Notes: generated by a model not told the origin, from the sequence alone. A DNA stretch of 64,000 nucleotides from Chlorokybus atmophyticus (GCA_009103225.1 RHPI01002402.1:591412-655411); one strand, 5' to 3'; shown: positions 1 through 11,337, counted from the stretch's first letter. Program-made: numbers and translations.

Positions 1-2864
1 TGGCAGGGAGCTGAACGACGTGCTTCGGCAAGGTAAAGTACGGTTTGCTTGATGTGTGAAGCACATGCACATGGCCAAGCAGCTGCAGTCAACTGAGGCA
101 GTTAACTGAGGTTTCTGGTTGAACAGTGTTGCGGTTGTGCACAGCTTGACAAGCAGTTTGACCTACTAGTTTGACCTACTCAATACACAGGTGGAGCAGT
201 GGTCATGTCAGGCACGACGTCTGGTGGGCGGTCTAGCGACCTGAGTGGAGGCTGGGAAAACTTGGACGATGAGATCTGGGGCAAAAGTGCTGGTGCACCA
301 TCAGATGAGCAGCTCCAGCGTGAGTGGGAAAAATCTGAGGAGACGGCTCACCTCCGCGACCTTGAGACCACAGCAATGATGCCCTTGAAAGTGAGCTTAC
401 AATGATGTGCAAGCAACCACTGTCGATATGAGCATGTGCTGCCGGAGTCTGTCTCGATTTCTGAGGTTTGCACAAGCAACTCACACTGTTGATATTGTTG
501 TAACAGCGCTCTAGTATGCAATATTTGCACTGTGCAGGCACTGAAGGTCCTTCATTGGCGTGGTCAGCATCATACCAGTGATCGCCGCGATATCACAAAG
601 CTGGCGGACAAGGGCCGGATTTGCTATGAGTACTGTCGTTTGCTACTGGGGAAGACCCAGACGAAGCAGGACCCACTTAAATTTGCTCTTGCAGTTACAT
701 GCTGGCATCTGCTTCATCCAGAGTTCCGTCCTGAAAAGGTTGGCAAGGTTGTCAGAGTGTCACCAGCTGTCGAGCAGCATAGTTCAAGCTTGAAGGATTT
801 TGCATTCGGTGGCAGTCACCACTCTGGGCCTGGTGCAGGCAAAAACGGTAATTCAGGATTTTCTTACCAACAAAAAGGCATATACCAACGCCAAGCACAA
901 AGAAAGGCAGAGACAGAAGAGTAGGGAACGATACAAGGAGATGATAGAGCGCGCTGAAGCAGGGGGGTTTGAGCGAAAGCGCAAGGGAGCGTCCAGGGAC
1001 AAGAACAATAAGGTGTGTGCCATGCAGTGACTGAGTTGTCTGTGCAATGTTTGCATGTCTTAAGTGCCTTTGCCATGTGCATAATTGCAGGTCAAAGACA
1101 AGTCTAAGGCAAGAGACAGCTCCTCGCTGCACCACTCTGCCAGCGACGCAGAGAATGCCACCTCGCAGGGTGAGCTACGGTTTGGTAAATGACTATGTTG
1201 AGAACGACACGCTTTCCATTTAATAGTGCCTTATGTATGCAGGGTGTGAGGTGTGTATGATAGTCCCTTGTGCATGCACGGCGCCCACGCGTTCACCTCC
1301 CGCCAGCAACGCCAGCGACGACCGAAATGTCACCTCGCAGCGTGAGCCATGTTTTGCGCGCGCGGGTCGCTGCGGGAGGTACTGTGTATACACTGTTCTG
1401 ATCGGTGCCTTGTGCGTGCGATAGGTAACAAGGAAGGCACTGCCACAACCCACAAGGTCACCCGCTACTGGTTCACAGGTTAGATGTCTGTCATCATTAC
1501 ACGAGCAGCCAAATGCTTGTACTCTCCTGTACATGTCATCATGACCGTTCATGACTGTAATGTTCAGACACCTGCCAAACAGGATGCTGATGTGCGTGAT
1601 ACCAGCTCAGCCCTCAAGGTATGCAACAACGACTGGAGCAAGTATCTAACAAGCATATCAGTTTTTGCAACCGAATTCGCACCACATGTAGACACAGGAC
1701 GCCGCGAATGTCATGGAGCTCATGAAAGAAAAGGAAGGCAGAGGGCAAGGGAAGCGCAAAGTGTCTGGTGATGTACGCACCACTCTGCTTCACAACGAAT
1801 GGCATAGCATTACGTTGTGGCTCACAATCTGATGTGTATGCTGTTGGCAGGAGACTGAGGTGTTAAGCCCCCAAAAGAAAGCAAAGACTGTTCGCTCAAT
1901 TCCGGCTCCCTACAAGTCTAAGGAGGCAGGCCCCTCGACTGGCAAGCAGGAGAAGATGTTGGATCAAAAGAGGGGCAAGCAAAAGGAGGTATGAAGGACC
2001 ATCTATGTGCGCTTATAGGCTTCTTGGGTCCTTCTGGTTGCGGAAAAACTGTCACTGCAGCAGACTCGCATGCATGCCTATCAATCGTAAGCTTGATAAC
2101 GCGGCGTGCCACCTGGTTGCACAGGATGAGCCATCGTATTCAGAAGTATCCGAGACAGACAAAAGCGAGGAAAACGATGAAGATGGCGCCAAGGACGATG
2201 CGAACAGCCCCAACGACAGTGACAACGACTCCCTAAAGGCAGTTTTTTTTGCAAGCGCTATATAGGAGAGTGCATCTGTGTATGTGTCTGCCAGTTGATG
2301 TGTTTGTCACTTGCATGCGCAGGAAGACCTGAGCGACAAGGATGACACTGCACCGACGATGAAGGTTGCTGATGAAGTCAAGTTGTTCATCGATGGGCGC
2401 AAGGAGCCAGTAGGGGAGGCGCACGTAAGCGACATCAAGCCCGTCAACAAGTTTTATGGCAAGAAGATTGGAGAGGGTAACATGGTGGTCCAGTTCAGCC
2501 GCAGTCTTCACATCACTAGGACCAGACGTCCTGGTGCAGGGGAAGAAGAGGTTGTGCCTTTGCCAATTAGCTTCAAGCGTGATGGGGTTGGAGTGCAAGT
2601 GACCCACTTGAGAGGTGAACGATGATTGCGTGATGACTGTGCGTGCGTTATGACAACACACTGCGTCTGACGTATTCATGTGTGGTTGATGCATGTGAAG
2701 AGTGCGAGGCGGGGTTGTTGCTACTTTGGCCTACTAGGTTGATGAAGACCATCAAGGTGAGGGAGCTGCCAGCAAAGGAAGGCACATCCACACCGCGGGG
2801 GAGAGGCCGTGGGAAGGGGAGTCAAGGTGGTCGGGGTGGTCGGGGGCGAAGCAGCAGGAAGTAG
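1..2864 (+). CDS. Multi-exon En/Spm (CACTA) transposon-associated TnpA/TNP1-like protein, 5' end outside window
   Basis: In-phase GT-AG exons at <1-32, 191-390, 538-738, ~826-1011, 1091-~1170, further acidic/low-complexity exons, then 2323-2614 and 2701-2864 (TAG). The spliced C-terminus VKLFIDGRKEPVGEAHV...FYGKKIGEGNMVVQF...VVPLP...VTHLRECEAGLLLLWPTRLMK resembles the plant TNP1/En/Spm (Transposase_23-like) motif VAEG.V...VHG.PL...V.V...LP.P...L.DA...LWP.RL. Matched from memory, not searched. Confidence 0.6.
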
Positions 2865-2999
2865 ATATTGCCGCAGGAGATTCCCACCTGCAAGTGCAGC
2901 TCTGGGTAGCAGACATACATTGTAGCCAGCATTGAATGTGTTGTTGTAAGTCGGCTGCCATTGAGCTGACATTGCTGGGCTGGCTGGACGGACTGCTGT

Positions 3000-3712
3000 G
3001 AATATTATCAGTAGCACTGCATATATCGGTCTTGTTCTACTCGAAATCACTTGAACATTCATAGTAACATTGACGGTCGTAAAACAGCAGCTTACCATTG
3101 TTCAACTTCATTGCCATTGAATAACTACTCACATGTAGGACTTAATGTGCAGGCTAGATTACTATGAGTAATCAAACAATACATGCATGCATATTCAGTG
3201 GTGTAGTACAGTTGCAGCACCACACCATACATGGTGAATATTCAACTCTACTGCAAGTGAAAGTTTTGGGTGACTGCAAGTGTTCAAACAATCCCTGCGT
3301 GCATATTCAAGTCTGTTGCAGCTGCCATATGGAATACTACAGGTATTCAAACGAATCCTGCCTGTGAATGTTCAACGCTTTTGCAAGAGTCTGTCTTGCC
3401 TAACTACAAGTATTCAAACGATTCCTGCTTGAATATTCAGTGATGTAATACATGTGATGGTCACAGCACTACACCATACAGGTTGAATGTACAGCTCCAC
3501 TGCAAGTGAATAAATGCCCCACATATAGGACTAGTGTGCAATTTAATTGCCACAGGGATATTCACCGACAATTACATTGAACAGGCTTTAACACCTTTCA
3601 GACCAAACGGTCTGAATAGTCACCTCGACATGCAGGAGCCAGGGACGCCGTATTCTAGGCTATTCACCCCGGTTTTTGTTGACTATTCAGACCAAACAGT
3701 CTGAACATTCAG
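3000..3712. repeat. Subterminal repeat array (TATTCA/TGAATA motif; degenerate ~245-bp duplication 3190-3261 vs 3433-3510)
   Basis: Directly visible repeated motifs in both orientations. Confidence 0.7.
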
Positions 3713-3788
3713 GAATCGAGGGGGCTCAGAATTACCGGTGGCTGTGTCGCAATGAGGCTTGAAAGCTAGCTAGTGGGGGCAAAGATGT

Positions 3789-4078
3789 TACCTGAGTGAG
3801 GGATCTGCCTGCCCATCCACCTCCATGGGGGACGCGTTGTCATCAGCGAGGCCGCTATCAGCCAAAAGTTGGGACACCTCAGCTTCTCTGCGGGCAAGAG
3901 CTTGCTCTCTTTGACTCAACTCCAAGTCCTTCTGACGTAGGAGACCTTGCGTTGCGTTGACAACCAACTTGGAACGCTGCTTCCGCTTGCGCAAAGCTGC
4001 AAGGTTGACTGCAGGTAGCTTGAGTCCGATAGACTGGTGGAGTCTTTTAGCAATATCAGCTGCTTTTTGGTCCGCCAT
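3789..4078 (-). CDS. Orphan first exon encoding a basic/coiled-coil peptide (MADQKAADIAKRLHQSIGLKL...DPSL), downstream exons not found
   Basis: ATG at 4078, open frame, strong donor CAG|GTAACA near 3790. Upstream are a (GGC)n tract and a telo-box-like AAAACCCTAG at ~4168-4177. The intron runs into the CACTA-like element. Confidence 0.4.
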
Positions 4079-4369
4079 GCTGGGTGCATGCATAGTACCC
4101 ACGAAACCAGCTGTTCCAAAGGTTTTCGCCACCGCCGCCGCCGCCGCCGAGACTGCAGCGCAAGCCCAAAACCCTAGTTAATGGACATGGGACCATGCAT
4201 GCCCAGTGCCTGCTACTCGTTTAGCATTGGCGCACGTGACCTTGGGAGCAACGGACCAGGTGAGATGTGTCGTATGCTTCCGACGTCATTCTTCACTGTT
4301 GGTTATCATAATATACCAATGATCAAAAAGAGCTGTTGAGTTGTTGAGTGCTGTTTCGGTTTTGGGAAC

Positions 4370-4735
4370 CATGCATGGTCTATGAGGGCCGCTTGCAACC
4401 GTACCAGTGCAGCTTGGTCCCGCTTGTGAGGACATAATTGGTCCGTACAGTACATGCATTCTGTACCAGTGCTGCCCTGGCTCATAGGCCGCAGGGCATG
4501 CGACCAGCCTTGGTCCTACTGCTCAGGCCGCGTGCTGACCAGTGCTGTACCGGTCTACAAGCCGCGTGACACGCCACCAGCCCTGGTCCGGTCATTCGGA
4601 CCATATCGGCGGGCTCCGGGGCCGGACCACCAGTGGTCCGATCATGCCGGACCAGTCGCGGCACTGGTACGCTACAACGTACCAGACGTGGTCTACGGGC
4701 CGCGTACGACTGGTCCGCGCGTAAAAAGCCCCGTG
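4370..4735. repeat. Array of GGTC(C/T)..GGCCGC..ACCAG/TGGTCC palindromic motifs, probable TE subterminal region
   Basis: At least five degenerate units, ending ...GCGCGTAAAAAGCCCCGTG, with an abrupt switch to AT-rich DNA after ~4740. Confidence 0.55.
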
Positions 4736-5235
4736 ATATGGTAACTGCGTTTTCAACGATGTTATTGTTTGGTTTACATAGAACTTAAACTGACGCACCG
4801 CAACGTAACGGTGCTCCCAATTTTTGTGTATGGTACCAAATCAATTGATCTATTTCAACGCAAATTACTGATCACATTAGAGCTCACAATCTATTTCTTT
4901 TTATTGACGTGCTCATTCAATACGATTTCTTACACCGTTGCTGACGATAATACAAAAAGTAGTTGTAATAATATGACGTATTATGAGGAGGGGTCGGAGA
5001 GAACGATGATGATTACATATTTGATGCAAAAACTGTAATTGATCGATTGCAATTTCCTTATTCAACGTCTGTAGATTAAACTGAACTGCCTTCCATTGTG
5101 CATGTATTGCGGTAATATGTTTCATATGATGATCACATTAATGTGCTCATCATTGCCATAAATTAGCATATATTTGAACATTCGTTGTACGTGGAGATAT
5201 ATTTGATGTGCATCTAACGGCTTTAAGCTAATAGT

Positions 5236-6862
5236 AGCTGCTCAGCCAATAAGAGGCAGGCGGGCCGCGCAACCCGGCAGTTGCGGCCGGCCTGCCTCAT
5301 ATTCGCGAGTACTTGTCAGTCACGAGTGACACTCATGGCCCATCACATGCCCTTGATGATGTGTACGACCTTGAATGCGGGCAGGCCGGCCGACTTGACC
5401 AAACAGCCGCACCCTAGTTGGGTTATCATCTGGATAGTCACGAATTGTAAAGTGCCGATCGGATGACGCTCATTATTGAAATCCCACGTTTGTAATGTAA
5501 AGCGAGCTGTAACCCCCCACATGCATCCATATGCCGCAACTTGTACACGATCAATATGCCGGCATGTATCGCGATGTTATTTACCATCACATCATACGTT
5601 GTTCAAATGGACATTTGCGGCCAAAAGTGGCCATCTGCACCGTGCATGTAGATATGCTCGTAAGCCGTGCTCGCCGCCTGGCCAATGAGAGGCAGGCTGG
5701 CCGCGCATATTGCGCAGCCCGGCAGTCGCGGGTGCCATATGTGTGATGGCCCTAAGCGCGTGTGATGTGTAGGTTACCTGAAAAATGCCGGCCGGCCCGA
5801 CCAAACAGCCGCACCACTACTTACGGTTTTTATTTGGTTGCTCGGGCCCTTAACGGAGTACATACACTATCGGGCTTGAAATATCCGGGGAAACTACCAG
5901 ATTACGACTGCTTACAAACCCGTGTTCTGATGTTTATGACCTCAGTTCGGGGTCCAGATCGTGGTTCGGCTATTGTCCATGTTTGATGACGCAGTAACTA
6001 CAGCGTGTAATCAATTAGCGTTACATGGTAGAGTGGATTAGTTAGAACGAGGGTGAGTAGTGGCGGCATGTCTTTGAGGTATGGCGCCTGCCCCGACCTC
6101 GTACCGCCAAAAACGCGGCCGTTTTAACCACTACCTGTGCTGCAATTGCACCGAATCCCCAGCGATTTTGGGTCGCCGTTGGTCAGCAGTTGCCGCTGAG
6201 ATAGTTTTCAGCATCTTTTACGCACCTTTGCAATAATTGGCCAGTTCGCTGCCTTTTTCAGCAACGGCTGTTGTCACCGTTGCGATCCCATTGGATCAAT
6301 CTTATGCGTGACCAAATTGTGGCCTAACGATGCGATTTTTCGTTTAGTTGAATCTTAATGTAAATCTTAACGTTAAGGTAATTCAGGTTAGCATTATTTT
6401 AATGGTTGTAACCTCGGCATTATTTACTGTGAAACGCAGCACGTACCGTGGCGTGAACGTTACGTTTAATATTAAGTTTTGGAACACTTAACTGCAGGTT
6501 GCTAACCAAATTGCACCATATTGCATCATATTGCAGCAGATGTATTCATTCATATCGCAACAAATGTGCTTCATATTGCAACACATCAGAGATATTGTTT
6601 TGCCACCTTACATAAGTGTGTTACATCTCAAATCATATGGGCCATATGCAACAATATGCTGGCATGTGCATCGTGCACGTTGTGCTCATTATTGATATTT
6701 ATTAGCATATTTGAGCAGTTGCATGAAGTGAGGATGTGCTTTGGACGGTCGAGATCTATATGTAAGATCGAACGGCTGATGATTAATAAGCGCCGCCGAG
6801 CCAATGAGCGGCATGCGGGCCGCGCAGCCCGGCAGTCGCGGGTGCCGCATGTGATGCCCTAG
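5236..6862. repeat. Three diverged GC-rich CCAAT+hairpin units in AT-rich matrix (~5245-5300, ~5681-5755, ~6800-6862)
   Basis: Shared core GCCAAT(G/A)AG(A/C)GGCA.GC.GGCCGCGCA..CCCGGCAGT. A second shared motif GACCAAACAGCCGCACC occurs at ~5397 and ~5799. Confidence 0.75.
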
Positions 6863-8268
6863 GGGTGAGGTTCGCGTGTGCTTTGTTGGTTGTAATGCCC
6901 GCGGTTAACACTTTATCCATAAGTTGTTCAGCCGATGTCGCTCACAATCTGTATAAGCACTGCTAGAACCCTTGCGTGTGCCTCACCAGCGTAGTAAACT
7001 TTTATATGTTAATAATGTTGCTACATGTTAAATAATGCATGATACACCGTAGTTTAAGACATAACTTATGTCCAAATAACATAACCAATATATAACACTT
7101 ACATAACATAAAGCATATTGATGATGTTAAAAAATGTGTATTTACCCTTATAACTTTGTTCTGCGCAACTATAACAAGGGGGTGAATACACATTTATGAA
7201 AAAATGTCGCGCTTCGGCTTAATACATGAAGTAGTTAATAAGCGGGATTGTAATAGATTAAGTTATATATCTTCAGAAATCTACCATGACACATAGCAAT
7301 GTCGTCAACATGTTGTATTATTGATTTAATCAATTGTTATTAAGTGGGTTGACACTTATTAAGTATTTTTTTGTTTTATAATGTATGAAATGACATTGTT
7401 GTGCAGTAAAAGGTCATACCAAACTGTATCATATAACGTTTAAAATGTGTTATTTGCAAGTATTGCAAATCAAAAATGTTAATTATTTCGTGATATAATC
7501 CAATACATGAAGCATAAATACATGTGGTGATATTTTTTGATTGGCGATGCCGTGTACCATATGCATGTATAAATTTGATGAATAGTATGCGAATGCAGAA
7601 TTGCATGCAAACGAAGCACAAATGAAAAACGTAAACCATCTTGCCATAGTATCACACATGATGCAAGTGCAATTGGCAAATATTTTATATAACTTAGATT
7701 GAGTATATAGCTGATTGTGCATGCACATACACTCATACTTGCGATGTACACATTACACCGCGCATGAAAGTAGTAGTGAAATGCTGTGTGCAACCTTCGT
7801 ATGGAGTTTCTCTTGTATCATATACCGAACGGTCAACGTGATCATTGATATGCTTTTATCATGTTATTATCAACACGCGTGTTGTGGATATACAATGAGC
7901 AATTTTTCCATGCGGATAATGTAGTACGTGTTTATTTATATGTGGTAGTTATACTGTAATTATGTGTTACGACAACATCGTAAAGCCGTTGGATTGTGCA
8001 ATAGTATTGAACCATGCATATAACAAGCGAAAGGTCCGAACGAACCGGGTACTCTCTCGGCTAAGTGACGGGCACTTTACAGTTACGTGGCATTAACACT
8101 TATTTGTATTTGGTGTTTTATCTGCTCTGCCCAACGCACGGCGGTCGTCGATGCTTTGTACTTAATCGACCAATTTCAAAGCACGACCAAATTTGTACAA
8201 CACCGTTGGTTCGACCCCGACGCACCACGCCTTCCCCTGTACACTGTAATAAGTGTACAATACGGTTA

Positions 8269-8442
8269 CCGTATTTACCCGGATAGAAGCCCCCCCTTTT
8301 TACACAAGCGCCCCACCCTTTTTCTCGGGGGGCCTCTGATAGAGCCTATTGTTGCCCGTAAACAGCGTTTTTTACAGAGGTCCCCCACCCTTTATTGCCA
8401 AAGGGGTTTGTAATAGGGGGGTTTCTATACTGGAAAATACGG
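8269..8442. mobile_element. 174-bp Tc1/mariner (Tc2/pogo-type) MITE
   Basis: TA|CCGTATTTACCCGGATAGAAGCCCCC ... GGGGGTTTCTATACTGGAAAATACGG|TA. Imperfect ~26-bp TIRs with CCGTATTT termini and TA duplication at 8267-8268 and 8443-8444. Confidence 0.85.
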
Positions 8443-10347
8443 TATTAATCATAAGGTATGAGACGATTTGTGTTCAGCGCAAGAATGTAGATTTTGGTAT
8501 AACGATTAGGGTAGAGGTAGAGGAGCCTACAGGCTGTACTTACAGGCCTGAATGTGGGGACTGCACTTTGCAGTTTGACAACGGGTCTGATTTAGCCTAA
8601 TCATCCAGGTACTGGATCCGGAGTCGGTGCAGCATCCAATTAGGCCTGGTGCCCCAGCATAATCAAGGGGAATTTTTGCATGCTCGCTTGATCATGGGTC
8701 CTCCGCGGCCAAGCAAACCTCCACAACATGTAAAAAAGCAGGCCCTCTGCCCCCTTTTTCCGCACAAGTTGTGTGCGGCACAACAACAACCACCGGAAAA
8801 GCGCTGCTCCGCCAGACAAAAAGCGGGAGAGTTCCCGGCGCGGCCAGCGGTACACATCCGTGGACCGGACTCCGGTCCGACCAGTCGCGAGCAAAGGGAA
8901 TCTTCCTTAACGCCCGGCCCGCGGGCCATTTAAGTGGCCCACTTTATGTGGCCCATTTCTGCATTGTCTGCATCTGCATTCTGGCGCCGGTAAAGGGCTT
9001 GTGTACGGACTCGAGACCTGAGAGATTCACCCCGCGGGAAAAGCGGAAAACCCCAAAAGGGGCCCCCTCAGAGATTCAGTGCGCCCAACCAACGATACGG
9101 GCAATGATGCCGGCGGGCAGCAGGACCTGCCACACACGCACACGCATAGCTACGCGCACCATCAAGTGTCCGCACAAAACAAAACACGCAGCCGCGGGGG
9201 GGCCAAGCAAGGGATTACCCTTGATTGCCCAGCTGTGACGCTTGTCTCTTCACTTTGCATATGAGCGCATCTCACTTTAAGCTTAGCTTGCGACCTAGCC
9301 CGCATCCGGTTGTTGTGGCTTGATTTGGCCTGGTTTGGCCTAGCGTGGCTTGCTTCACGCCTGAGACCGGCGGCGCATTCTGTTTAGCGGGCATCTTCTC
9401 TGGGCCTGTCCTTGCATTTGTTAAGCTGCTACGGCTGCTACTGTTGCTGCTGCTGAAGGGGCTCTAACAATAGGCTCCTGAGGGGCGGCAGTATTGTCAT
9501 TGCTCAAGTGCTGGACGCCGCCGGGAGATGGCCGCGCACAAGGTGAGTCAAAGGGTCAAATTGCTTGTAATGGTGTTGAGGCATTGCCCGTTTGCGCGGG
9601 AGGAAGTTGAGTCTCATCTTACTCTCATCCACCCACAAGATCAGTAACAAACACCTCAGACTAGTTTAAGGAATTTGGCAAATGACGCGTATGTTTACTA
9701 ACTGAGTCTGACAATGGGTTCTTGAAGTCACTTTTGACGTGACTTCTCTATACGATTGGCAATGTTGCCTGTAATAATAATCAAAAACAACTTCGAAGGG
9801 ATGCAATGAGCGTGAAGTATGTGTATGTGTTGGGTACTTGTTCCATGTCATCGTCCAATGCTAGCTCGGAAGCTAGGGGTTTAGGGCTGCACTCTATCAT
9901 CAGCATCTGTGTCTCTGGTTGCTTGTTTGTTTGTTTGTTTGCCTACGCAGTACACTCCAACGCTAGAGCCATTGCACAACGACACAGGGGGTGGATCTTG
10001 CATTTGTGTGTATGCATGTAATTTATCAATTTTTGCGTGTATATTTTTTACCCTGCACAATGTATTATCACTACCGTATGGGTTGATGCCAATCCGCCCA
10101 TATGACATCAGTAGCTGTCACCTGTCTCAAGCGTAGGGCTATACATCCAGTCATTTGCTGAAGCTGAGACAACTGCATTGTGCTGTAGGTGCCACGCTCT
10201 TGGCAGATTGTCCCTGCTGTTCACGGGCGTTTCCAACAAGTTGCAACTCGTGTGGCGATCGCGTGGGTGCAGCTCGCACACAACCACGAGGAGTCCGTGT
10301 AATTACAGTTCTATATACTTGTCTGCCTTCTTTCTCCCCCCCTATCT

Positions 10348-11337
10348 ATGGCGGAAGGACGCAAATTGGTGGCGTGGTTGCCCGAAGAGGACGAGCGTCT
10401 TCGCCAGCTGGTGACTCGTCACGGTACGAAGAAGTGGGCATACATATCGTCTCAGCTGGGTTGCAATAAGCAGAGCAAGCATTGCCGGCGGCGGTGGCAG
10501 AACCTCCTTGCCACGCGCGTGAAGAAGGGCGGATGGAGCGCCACTGAGGACGAGCTGCTGCTGCAGGGACACTCACTCTATGGCAACAAGTGGACAGAGA
10601 TTGCCAAGATGGTGCACGGTCGCACCGACAACGCCGTGAAGAACCGCTTCAATGCGCTGTGCCGCCGCCGTTCGGGGCAACAAGGCAATGTTGCCAGCGT
10701 TGCTGCTATTGCAGCCCCTCAGAAGTCCTCCTCTTCAGATGGGGCAAAGAGCGCGAGTGCGAGCGGGCACACACACGGTTCGGGAGATCTCTCTCTCAGC
10801 CCAGGCAGGTCCTCCCCGAGCACCGACACAACTTCAGACCTACGCACACCTGCGTCTGCGTCCGCACTATTGCATCTGAAGCGAAGTAGCTCAGGGCACA
10901 GTCTACCACTACCACCTGTGCAGCAACAACACCCCATCACATTGACACCCGCTTTCTTCCTCCCAACGCAGCCCAACGCAACACAGACACCCGCTTTGCC
11001 GCCGGACTATAGCAGCAGTCCTCCCGCACCCCCGCGCGCAGCCCCGCACCCTTCTCTATCACCATACCATGCACAGAGTCTTTACATGAACAGTATCTCA
11101 CCAGCCCACCCGTACGCGTCGCTGATGCAGCCGCTCTGCCTACGTGGTGGCGGGGAGCCACATCCTCGTGTGAGACAGCCTCCCCTTACCCCGCGCCCCA
11201 TACGCACCCTCTCACAGTCGTCCTTCCTCACTGCCGTGCTGGAGGTCATATGCCCGGACGCCGGATACAGAAAGAGCATAATACTCTCGCCACGCAAAGC
11301 TGCGTTTCAGGAGCCAGCAGCCGCCCCGAGCTCATGA
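10348..11337 (+). CDS. R2R3-MYB transcription factor, FLP/MYB88-like clade (329 aa, apparently intronless)
   Basis: WLPEEDERLRQLV..HG.KKW..I..CRRRW / KKGGWSATEDELLL.GH.LYGNKWTEIAKMVHGRTDNAVKNRFNALCRRR. CRRRW, KKGGWS and LC+RR recall the FLP/MYB88 group. The C-terminus is S/P-rich. Confidence 0.9.
   Translation: MAEGRKLVAWLPEEDERLRQLVTRHGTKKWAYISSQLGCNKQSKHCRRRWQNLLATRVKKGGWSATEDELLLQGHSLYGNKWTEIAKMVHGRTDNAVKNRFNALCRRRSGQQGNVASVAAIAAPQKSSSSDGAKSASASGHTHGSGDLSLSPGRSSPSTDTTSDLRTPASASALLHLKRSSSGHSLPLPPVQQQHPITLTPAFFLPTQPNATQTPALPPDYSSSPPAPPRAAPHPSLSPYHAQSLYMNSISPAHPYASLMQPLCLRGGGEPHPRVRQPPLTPRPIRTLSQSSFLTAVLEVICPDAGYRKSIILSPRKAAFQEPAAAPSS

Larger units (their letters stand above)
1..3724 (+). 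mobile_element. Right part of a putative En/Spm (CACTA/CMC) DNA transposon
   Basis: The TnpA-like gene is followed by ~700 bp dense in TATTCA/TGAATA motifs in both orientations and two TTCAGACC-aaac-GGTCTGAA-type hairpins (~3598-3617, ~3686-3706). It ends at candidate terminus ...CATTCAGGAATCGAGGGGG (3724). The left end and TSD are not in the window. Confidence 0.45.

Noticed and set aside
5815-6062. CACTAC...GTAGTG as a CACTA MITE
   Set aside because: No 3-bp TSD (CAC vs GCG), and the CACTAC lies inside a repeat unit also seen at ~5410.
3100-6900. Repeats as a CRISPR-like array
   Set aside because: Units are degenerate, irregularly spaced and in mixed orientation. There are no constant-length spacers and no cas genes.
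4769-8060. AT-rich ORFs as viral or organellar insert
   Set aside because: All are short, stop-rich and motif-free. No NCLDV, plastid or mitochondrial gene is recognisable.
8195-8232. tRNA-like T-arm GTTGG-TTCGACC-CCGAC
   Set aside because: No A-box/D-arm, anticodon arm or matching acceptor stem at the right spacing. At most a decayed remnant.
9877-9886. GGGTTTAGGG as telomerase RNA template or interstitial telomere
   Set aside because: Only 10 nt, with no recognisable Pol III promoter or terminator. It is compatible with a telo-box or chance.
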